Origin: Lytechinus pictus
Taxonomy: Eukaryota
Assembly (NCBI RefSeq): GCF_037042905.1
Contig: NC_087245.1
Coordinates: forward strand, 4,838,001 to 4,902,000
Length of the DNA stretch: 64,000 nucleotides
Direction: 5' to 3'
Shown: one piece after another, positions 53,960 to 64,000 of the stretch
Layout: each line of letters starts with the position of its first letter
How positions within the stretch are numbered: the stretch's first letter is position 1
Position numbers and translations under genes: made by a program
The notes under the pieces: generated by a model
Databases searched by the model: none
What the model was told of the DNA's origin: nothing
Seen by the model: the letters and a program-made list of their open reading frames with translations, nothing else

Positions 53960-54746
53960 GAGTTTGATATTTTGGGTTTTAAGTACCATATGATAAATGT
54001 TTTAAGGAATACTGGTTTAATTTACAAACTTAAGCTTAGTTTGCTTCATAAAAATCTGATAACTTTATACCATTCCATGATTTTCTCTTATTTAAAATAT
54101 TGCAATACCAATGTAACCTCATATAAATTGGACTCAATATTAAAAAGATATGTTTAAGAATAATTACCTATTCTAATAGCACCATCCGCACCTTTATTTA
54201 ATAAGCGAGAACTCACAATATTTATCTATAAGTTCAAGAAGAGGTAGTTGTTACCCATGTAGTTTTCAGATCTTTTTCAATGCAATAATCAAGTTCATAA
54301 CCATAATACCCGTTCTTCCAATAAATTTCATTTATGGTCTATTAGGTCTATAGTCACGAAGCTGAGTTATGTAGGTCCCAAACGATGGAATGAGATTCCC
54401 CAAATAATAACTAATTCACAATTTATATATTCTTTTAGAAAACAGTATTCAAATTTTCTAGTAAATTATTATTAATTCTCACACATGATATCAATGCATA
54501 CTTGTAACGTATCTACCCCCCTCAACTCGTGTTTTTTTTCTCCTTTTTATATACACTATTAACTATAATGATATGATATTCTGTTTTGTATTAATATTGT
54601 TTTGTTTTTACTATGTTTTGGCGAGCCTCACATGTTTCTTATTACCTTCATGGGAAGCAACGCAATTTATTTTTATTATCTAATCACATTATTTGATGTT
54701 TCCTTGTATTTTTATCCTATTTGCGAAATAAAGATTGAATTGAATA
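53960..54746 (+). mobile_element. 5'-truncated, decayed CR1/L2-clade LINE fragment
   Basis: HMINVLRNTGLIYKLKLSLLHKNLITLYHSMIFSYLKYCN resembles the post-RT region of CR1/L2 ORF2. Ends with AATAAA+GATTGAATTGAA. Confidence 0.6.
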
Positions 54747-56039
54747 GAATATATATATAGAGCTATGATAAAACCATCCACTATTTTGGGCCATGGAGCA
54801 AGGTTTTGGCCATACATGCTGCTGCTCAGTGGAATGTCATACGTAAACACTGTCTGATGGCCTGAGCGAGGGTATTACATAATAACCCTGCTCATGGCTC
54901 TGTGGTTGAAGTAGGGGATTATCTATACTCCTCAGTGGTCATAAAATTTGGTTTACAGACAGATGAAGTTATCCAATGAAAGCTCTCTGAAATTTTGGGT
55001 GGGTGGGACCTATTTTGACCGTGGGAACAAGATTTCCAAAGAAGAAGCAGACTCTGAAATGGCTCGCTTCGCTCGCCCTTTCAGGCTGGTTTGCTTCGCA
55101 AACCAGCTGCAGATCCCACTTCACGAGCCATTCAGAGTCTGCATAGCAGACTAATTTCTTCCCGGGATTTCTTTGCTTCGCTACTATGCTGTATACGATA
55201 CGACCTCGACTCGAGGCCCAATTTAACTCTCTCTCTCTTATGTGGGAAGTGCGAAGATGTTTACCTCGCATTTGCGTATCGCATTGCTCTCATTATTTAC
55301 GTCTTTAAAATGGTAGTAAAATACGCTCAAAAATAAAGTGAGAAGAGAGGGGTACCGTGGGTTACTGGGTTGGGCAATGTAATTTAGATGTTACGAATTT
55401 CAGTTGATATTGTCATTTATTTTGTCAAAAGTAAAGTGTGTCAAAAAATAATATAAAAATTCGATCGAAATTTAGTTTCATCTCGTCCCAGGCCCCAGCC
55501 TTATTATAGCTACATCTACATGAATTCATTGAATGCATTTCTGATGACACTGCCGTAGAACGAATTGAGAAAATTATTAAAAGATCACGTTAATAATGAC
55601 AAAGCCACAGCCACATGAATGGATTGATATAATGTCCAACTCATTTACTCACAGCAAAATGATTATTCACATTTATATTCCAATTTTACTCCATAATTTC
55701 CAAAGTCTTGATCTCTACATCGATCTTTTGAAAGTGTTGATTAATTTCGCGACGGTGTGTCTACCAAGTTCTGTGTCACTGCACTAGCGCTCGCCATGGC
55801 CACATACATAATACAAATCGCACATGGCATCAAAATCTATCCGAGTCTTCCAAAATTATATGGGATCCAAAACCGATTTGAATGTTTTTTTTTTCTTCAG
55901 ATATTCATTGAATCTGTTATAATTTTCATAAGTAATAATCTTTATTAATTTTATTCACGCTTTTTATCATATTACGACTCATTTTTTAATGTGAGTTATA
56001 CGTACAGTGTATTTTCATTTGTATTGTTCTTTATTACTC

Positions 56040-58135
56040 CAGGGCTCCACACTAACCCTTTTTTTCTACTGGTCCAACCTATTCATGTCGGACCAGTAGA
56101 TACCCAGTTTTTCCATTTTTTACTGGTCCGAACCTAAAATCTACTGGTCCCCAAAATAAAGAAAACATTAAAAAAAGGCGTGAGTTTATTTTGCTGTCCT
56201 TTCTTGTTACCCCCCCCCCCAAAAAAAAAATGAAGGAATGAAAGACAAAAAGAAAGCAAGACAAAAAGAAACAAAGGAAGAAATAATAAAAGAAAGGAAG
56301 GAAGAACAAATAAAAGGTAAAGAAAGGATAGATGTGAAGGAAGGAAAAAAGAAAGAAAGAAAGAAAGAACAAAAGAAAAAAAGGAAAGAAAGAAAAAACA
56401 AAAGACAGAAAGTAATGAAAAAAGGAAAGAAGCAATAAAATAAGAAAGAAAGGGTATAAGGAAAGATGGAAAGAAGGAAAAAAGATAGAAAGAAAGAAAG
56501 AAAGAAAGAAAGGAAGAAAAAGGGTAAAGAAAGGATAAATGTGAAGGAAGGAAAAAAAGAAAGAACTGAAGAGGGAAAGGAAGGAAGGAAAGAAAGAACA
56601 AAAATAAGAAAGAAAGAACAAAAGAAAAAGAAGAAATAAAGGAATGAAGGAAAGAAGGAAAGAAATGAAGCAAGCAATATAGAAAGAAAGAACAAAAGAC
56701 AGAAAGAAGGAAAGAAGCAATAAAAAAAGAAAGAAAGGGTAAAAGGAGAGATGGAAAGAAGGAAAAAAGAAAGAAAGTATTGAAAGAAGGAAGAAATAAA
56801 GAAAGGTAAAATGATAGATAGAAGGAAAGAAGGAAGCAAGCAAGCAAGCAATAGAAAAAAGAAAGAAAATGTAAAATAGATGAAAGTAAGTAAAAAAAGA
56901 AAGACCGAAAGACAAAGAAAGGAAGGAATGAGGGAAAAAAAGAACGAAAGAAGAAAGGAAAGGAAGCAAGCAGTAAAAAAAAAAAAAAGTAAAAGGATAG
57001 ATGGAATGAAGGGAAAAAAGAAAGAACAGAAAGGAAGGAATGAATGAAAGAAAGAGAGAAAGGGCTGAAAGAAGGAAGAAATGGTAAAGAAAGGATGGAT
57101 GGAATGAAGAAAGAAACAAAGAATGAAGGAAAGAAAGGGTAAAAAGAAGGAAAGGAAGAAAGAAAGAAGAGATAAATATAGGATGGATGGACTCAAGAAT
57201 AAAAGAAAGAAATAAAAAAAGAAATCAAAAAAGAAATAGAGAAAAATGTTAAAAGGACAGAAAGAATGAAAGAACGAAAGACAAAGAATAATTAAAAAAG
57301 AAAGACAGTAACAAAAAAAAATAAAGAAGAGAGGGAAGAAACAAAGAAAGATTGAAAAGAAAGAAGGAAAGAAAGATAGAAAGAAAACAGAGGAAGAAAG
57401 CTAAAACTATCATAAATAAATTATCAGTTTCTTTTTGGCTCAAGTAAGATATAGCTACGAAAGAAACCAAGTGTATCAACACACACAAATGCATATGTGG
57501 GGCTATCATGTATTCAGACGATATCACTAGAAACCCGATCTCTTTGAACTAAAACAGAAGTGAAAATTTCTCCTTTTACTGCTTACAAATGACAGTTACC
57601 CCAATTTTTTGGAAATATGGACATTATAAGAGCTTTTCATTAGTGTGAAATGTGAATTTTGACCGTTCTGTGAGAGATTTCTGCCAGAGGTTTGCCAAGC
57701 TTCGCCAAGCTTCGTTCGTGCAGCCAGTAGAAAATTCACCATGTGGGCTGTGTGGCTGGCTAGCCATATGTACACTGTATGTTACCCTAGTAAAAATTGC
57801 ATGCGATTCATTCTGTGTGTATTCTGTGTGTGAATGACCAAATTTAACGGGAGGAAAATGGTTTGCAATTTGAGTCATGGAATATTTTTTATGTTTATGT
57901 TGGACTAGTGAATTTGACCATTTCTGGAAAAGTTACTGGCCCAACAATGGTTTTTATTACTGTTTATGTCGGACCCATAAATCTTGCTATTTTTTGAAAA
58001 ATTACCGGCCCGACAATGATATTTTCTTACTGGTCTTGTCGGACCAGTAAATCTTGCTATTTCTGAAAATCTACCGGCCCGACAGTGATTTTTACCGGTC
58101 TGGGACCGTCGGACCGGCGCTAGTGTCGAGCCCTG
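56040..58135. mobile_element. hAT/P-like non-autonomous element containing a ~1.2 kb purine-rich tract
   Basis: TIR CAGGGCTCCACACTA / TAGTGTCGAGCCCTG, 7-bp flanking repeat ATTACTC. Confidence 0.78.
56221..57400 (+). repeat. A/G-rich low-complexity tract
   Basis: (GAAA/GGAA)-like sequence that produces spurious F/S/L-rich ORFs on the minus strand. Confidence 0.92.
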
Positions 58136-58549
58136 ATTACTCTTTGCCTGCCAATTAGTCATTACAGTGAATGCTTCATGAATTTGTTGTACAATTGCTT
58201 AACAACTCCCGGTAACAACTACGATTTAAAATAAAATATTATTTGAAATTAATTTGTGTAAAGGAGAAAGAGAATAATGGGAGGTGGTCGTGGGCAATGT
58301 AAATGAAAATGATGGGATGTTTGTGACTTTGTGGGGGAGGGGATTGGCGAAAAGAAGTCAATGTTCGGAGCGAATTAAATTAATATTCTTTTATGGATGT
58401 GTCTACTGTGATTGTGGCTGCATAATCTTTATGGCGAGTGGAAAATCAACCCTTGGACTTGGTCGGGAGGGGTACGTGATTCAATAGATTTCAATAAAAG
58501 TACACATTCAACAAAGTGGAATTGACAATTCATTCACAGATATTCATTT

Positions 58550-58863
58550 CAGGGCCGCGGAAACAGGGGGGGGGGGCTGGGTGGGCTTCAGCTCCCCCAC
58601 TTTTTTTTTCCAAAACCATGTACAAAAACAGGACCACCGGGGGCCCGTTTCATCATCATTTTTGTCCGACAAGTTGTCAGACCTGACAACTTTTCTTGAT
58701 GTTGATTGGCTAAGAAGCATTGTTACTATGGTAACTGTCGGATGAAATGGGACTTGTCGGATAAAACGTCCGACAGGTCCTTACATGAAACGCTCCCCTG
58801 ATTGCGTTTTTTGCATGGTGGTCAGCCCCCCCCCCCACTTTCAAGACCTTTCCGCGGCCCCTG
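58550..58863. mobile_element. 5-bp-TSD MITE with nested Harbinger-like MITE (~58640-58797)
   Basis: TSD CATTT. Inner termini GGGGCCCGTTTCAT / ATGAAACGCTCCC. Confidence 0.75.
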
Positions 58864-58924
58864 CATTTCAAGTACGAATTATTGAAGTTGATATGTGTGA
58901 ACGTTTTAGAGGATATGTATTTCG

Positions 58925-59700
58925 TTTGCCCACGCCCACATGAGTCGCTAGTATAATTTGAATATCGCTGGATGAATTTTTCAATTTCACTTATGTCGTT
59001 ATATATGTTTTATATCGGAATTGTGTTTTATATATAGAGTTATCTTTACAACTCGTTAGCCTAATTACTGCGAGTGGATTATATTTATGAAATGAGTTGG
59101 AATGTGAACGAGACGCCCCAAAGCCGATGGCACGTGATCTAATTAGTATTCACTTTCTGGGTTGAGCCAATCATTGTGCTTGAAAACGGGTTTCCCCGAA
59201 TTCCCGCCTTGGAATGACTGTGTACCATGTGCGTGACCTGTTAACCTGTTGTATGAATGCGAATCAGCTGGTTTCGTGACCTCAAATATTCTTCATGTTG
59301 TTTACGCTGGATGGGGGCTATAAAAAGATCTTTCTGACTCTTTTTTTTTTCAATTTTAATAATCTGTTCGTGAATTTCTGTAACTTGAAAACTGATGCAA
59401 TTTATTGAATCACGTACCTCGATCTTCCCACTCATGGTGCAAGAAAATATTTTAAAAATTTTAAATCGCCAAAATATACATGTAAAGAAAGATTATTCAG
59501 CCGTCATCATCAGTAGTAGTATAGACATGTCTATAAATATGCATTCGCTTCGAATATTGACTTCTTCACCAATCCCACACACACGTACGATCTCAACATC
59601 CCCTTGTCATTGTCCACGCCACGACCCCTCCCCTTTCGCGCTCCCCCTTCGACCATCCTAGCTACAACCCTCCCCCCCCCCCCTCTTCCTCTCTTTCACA
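58925..59700. promoter_or_regulatory. Candidate promoter / first-exon region
   Basis: Apparently unique, relatively CpG-rich DNA with CCACGCCCAC, CACGTG, AGCCAATCA, GGGTTTCCCC and TCCCGCC motifs. Minus-strand donor GAG|GTACGT at 59418/59417. Confidence 0.4.
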
Positions 59701-59744
59701 CACGCTGTATTTGTAGGCCTACATAGTGCATTATTTAAAAATAC

Positions 59745-60138
59745 AAATCTGCTTTCCTGTCAATTAAGCTTTACTTTCAAAACATTTTAAATCGCAATTA
59801 ATTATAATAAGAACAAAATCGTAATATTAAAGTATGATGAATGACTAAAAATATTTCTCCCGCTCGTGATGGACACATTCATTATTTTATAGGCGAGTAT
59901 AGAACAATACAAATGAACATATAGGAATAATTGACAGTGAGTATAAATCTACTTTCCTGTCAATTAAGCTTTACTTTTAAAACATTTTAAATCACAATTA
60001 ATTATAATAAGAACAAAATCGTAATATTAAAGTATGATGAATGACTAAAAATATTTCTCCCGCTCGTGATGGACACATTCATTATTTTATAGGCGAGTAT
60101 AGAACAATACAAATGAACATAGCAATAATTGACAGTGA
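59745..60138 (+). repeat. Near-perfect tandem duplication with a 200-bp period
   Basis: AAATCT(G/A)CTTTCCTGTCAATTAAGC...AATAATTGACAGTGA occurs twice, at 59745 and 59945. Confidence 0.92.
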
Positions 60139-63100
60139 TAAACGAATCTTGATTGGATATTATTAGTATAAACATCATCAGCAGAAGTCTTAATTATGAG
60201 AGTCATAGTTTCAGTGAGTATCTGAAAACAAAACAAACATGCAAATTATATCGTCTCATGAATACCGATGCCCATTATTTGGAAGCCTCGGAAGTTTTCA
60301 ATCAAATCGTGGGTATATACAGAATATAGCTTTTACACAACACATTTATTCAACCCAGTTGTGTAATAAACCAAATGTTTTGAGGGGGCAAAACATAGCA
60401 AATTAGCAATGTGGAAAAATTTGTAAAAAGTCGCCAGCGAGCAAAGCGAGCTGGAAAAACAATTGCCTGTTGAAATTAAATTCTAATTATGTGATAGATT
60501 TTTCCATTAAATTCAGCAAATAACACATTTCATTGTTTCCATTCATTTCATTATACGTTGTCTCCTATTATTTCTTTTATTTCCTCTTGGGTGTGGAACC
60601 AAGACCTCCCCCCCCCCTCCCCCCGCGCCTGTACGCCAGTGATTGAACGTAAAGCTAAATGTAGGAAGGGCCCCTACAGGGTGCGCTATAGAGCTATATG
60701 AAGTTTATGGATGAAGAGCCCCTACTGTGTGGGGTCTGGGGCAAAGCCCTGGTAGCTCATTTGCATAAAATTTAGCAAGCTTATAGCACAATGTTGTATG
60801 CAGTCCATCTTTCTACCCGCTCTTTATTTTCAATCCTTGGCAGCCCGATCGTGTTATTGATTTTTTTTCTTTGTTTTCCAATTTAGCTTTTGACTATTTC
60901 CATTTGACTTTCATTTCCCACTATTGTTTGCCATTTTGTCATATTTTAATTTCCCATCATGCTAGTGCATTACATAGGCCTATTTCGGAATGATTTGTTC
61001 TTTCTAAAATGTTCTCCTTTCGTTCCTTTTCCCCGCTTTCCTTCCTTTTCCATTTTATAAAAATTCTTTGTTTTCTTTTCACTTTTCCCTTTCCTTTTAC
61101 TCCTTTTCTTTTCCCCTTTCCCTTTCTTTCCCCCTCCCTTTTCTCTTTTTCCTGTTTTTTTTTTTTTTTCCCGGTGAAATCCGCAAGGGGGGCAGCTTGC
61201 CCCCCTGCCCCCCTCCCCCACCGCCTGTTACGCCACTGGTCATGATACAAGAAAACACTGTGCAAATTCAATTTAGGGCTTTCAATAATTCTGGAATGAA
61301 CACATCAATCTATTTGGACATATATTCAGGGTTAATGAAAATCAATCATGAAGAACTAATTGGCAACTAATTGGCAATTCTAAAGGCTTGCTTGAACAAT
61401 ATTGGTCATATTAGATGTGCATGTACATATAAATGAGTAGGCAAAGTAATAGCAGTTTTTAACCAGTGCCCATCAGTGATTTTTTTTTACTGAGACAGGG
61501 GACCATTGAAATAAAAGAATGTTTACAAATTCAGTGTCACCTTACACCTAGGACCTTAACTAGTTTAAGAATCAAATCTATTTAATACAAGTGAATGTCA
61601 AAACTTCACATGATATCAAACTGCTACCTTCAATCAATCAGGTAAGACTAGTTAAGGGGGGGGGGTGAACTGTGTGTGGTCTTTCATTGGCTGTGTGTTA
61701 TAATTAAATACAGTCTTAAAATATAAGTTTTCAGATATCTACTACATGTAATACTACAGAGAACAAATTGACCTATAATTGTATTTGTATATGGAAACTA
61801 AAATGTTTTGAGAAGAAAAGTAATTGTTTTGCTACTTGGTATTATTATTGCGGTATAAATGTATTGATTAACATGTTATCATTTAAGTGAGTCTGTATAA
61901 CTAGACTACACAAGCATTATAGGTCAGGAAACTGGCCAGGTATAAAGTACACAATGTAGTTGAGGACTCGAGATGGCGTTATTGGTTCGTATCTGCTTTA
62001 AATAACTGATGTAAACATGAATCACCAAGCAGGATTTACCAATTTTCTTGCTAGAATTTTTAATGGCCCATAATGTTATGATATTGTTGCATTATGCATG
62101 GGTGCCGCCATATTTCCTTTGTTTATTCGTAACTCATAATAATCCACTGAACTTAGTTGCAAACAAAACAAAAATGCAACGATACATAATGTTATGGACA
62201 TAGGGTTATCTGGATGTACATGCCGGGTGTACACTGTACATGTATGTTGTAGTTACCCAATTCTCGCTACCCCAAATAGGAACAAAAATCTCATAATGCG
62301 CGAGACGAGATAATTATTGGTTCACTGTTTTGCAGGAAATTGTACTTTGATAGCAGCATGGATAGGGCACCAGAGGACCAACTGGTTCGACTCAGGCCTA
62401 TTAAACTTTACACATCATCTAGCAAAAGAAAAACTGATCCTGTGAATCAAAGATCTGAAATAATATTCTTACATGATCTCATTACATGTATCTCATGTTT
62501 TTAATATGTAGATTGAAATATACATACTATGTGCATTTTTAGGTAGGGCCTACTGGTAGACTAGGCATTTTCAGGCATTGTTCTCATCTACTTGTACAAT
62601 ATGTGCATAGTACGGTTTAAATGAATAAACCACTTCCCCCATTTACACTACTTGTCATTTAAAAAAAAAAAGGAAGACTTATTTCACAAGCCTATCATGT
62701 ACTAGTAATATGGACTCTGTCTGCCCTTGTACCTGTATATTGGAATGGTAGGCAGTATAGAAACCTTAATAATACCCAAGTCTGTAAATCAATGGTAGCC
62801 CCAGTAACAGTATTGATTTTATGATCCCTTGCAAGTTCTTTGACACAATCAGGTACATTGGATGTTTAGAATGGGGGGGGGGGGGGGGAGAAAATATGGA
62901 CTTTAACCTAATCTAAAATAAAGGCAGAGGGCAATGTGGGAGAGGTGGCCACTTTAGCATGCAAAAAAAAAAAATGATTAGTGAAATGTTTTTTACAAAT
63001 CTTGTTATTTTTTTCATCACAATTGTCTACGGCCTTCTGTCAAATGTATGCATTCATATTATTTGAAGTACTTCAGTTATTGCTCCATATATATGTATTT

Positions 63101-64000
63101 CCCTGTACTTTTCTTTCCTAGTAACCAGGGTTGTAATAAAAAAAACGTTTTTTTATCTAAAAAAACAAAACAAAAAATTATTATTTTAAAACGTTTTAAA
63201 TCATTTTTTCCACGAATTATGCAATTTTATTTAAATTGGTTAAACTATACAGTCTGATTCAAGTTCTTAATGCTATACATTTTTGGAGTAAGTACATGTA
63301 AGAGATGACTATAATTTTTGTTACTGAATTTCCAACAGAAAAGTTCATATTTCCCCCAAAATTACTAAATCATGGAAATTGAATGCCTAAGAAAAAGAAC
63401 ATTAAAGTTGACATTTTATAAGTTTATTCCACATACATATACATGTAGTCCCAGGGTATTTAGAGTATTGTTAAACTAGGGAAGGGGGCAAGAAAAATTT
63501 GCACAATGGAAGAGAATGACATAATCTATGGGGTTTCAGAGCTTAAACTCAATATGATTTATTTCATTTGAATCAATTGTGCCAGATTTCTTAAGTAGTT
63601 TGTTTACTTCTTTAAAAATTGTTTTTGAATAGAAATTATTGGCAATAATTTTCCAATCATTAACAAAAGGAACAAATAATGATAATACAAATTTTGGCGA
63701 GAATTCACAATTGGCTTTATACATGAAATGAATCACGTTTGTGCACAATTCGGGGTCTGACATGCACTTGTTGTATAATATCATAACAGCATACCGATGC
63801 ATGCATCCCAAAAATAGTCTTGAACAATATGGCGTGGCCCTGTCGTGTTTATAGATTTATCATAGAAATTGTTGAGGGGCCATTAAGGTCCCCTAGGATT
63901 GTTAGGGTTAAGGTTTGCTAGCTGATTAATTTATACTGTTTAACATACTTTTTTTCTTCATCTTTACAAAATGCAAATTTCACCTAATTTTGTGTGTACC

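Noticed and set aside
56079..57196. Long minus-strand ORFs of 237-346 aa
   Set aside because: F/S/L-rich translations of an A/G low-complexity tract that is open in several frames, with no domain signal.
63536..63811. 91-aa ORF, possibly a transposase remnant after a CAGGGTTG terminus at ~63126
   Set aside because: No recognisable motif, and the other end is not visible in the window.

Overview
AT-rich, repeat-dense eukaryotic genomic DNA. The repeat landscape resembles an invertebrate deuterostome such as a sea urchin, but the species is an inference. The only clear host gene is a minus-strand RNF19A/B (Dorfin)-like RBR E3 ubiquitin ligase. Four coding exons (16132-16688, 15247-15437, 13540-13684, 4011-4173) join in frame through GT-AG sites, and the 3' part lies left of position 1. 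The rest is intron or upstream DNA filled with non-autonomous DNA transposons (Kolobok-, Sola2-, hAT-, Harbinger-, piggyBac- and Helentron-like), a tRNA-derived SINE and a LINE fragment. The most notable structures are: (1) a ~7 kb non-coding palindromic foldback element (31078-38082) carrying an apparent aborted arm-to-arm copying event; (2) recurrent TA-to-TACATGTA micro-insertions that resemble transposon excision footprints; (3) a five-level nest of insertions at 41.9-45.1 kb; (4) two Sola2-like elements sharing a diverged 15-bp repeated motif; (5) a tRNA-like Pol III cassette inside a DNA transposon. Superfamily names rest on terminal/TSD rules and remembered motifs, not on database searches.
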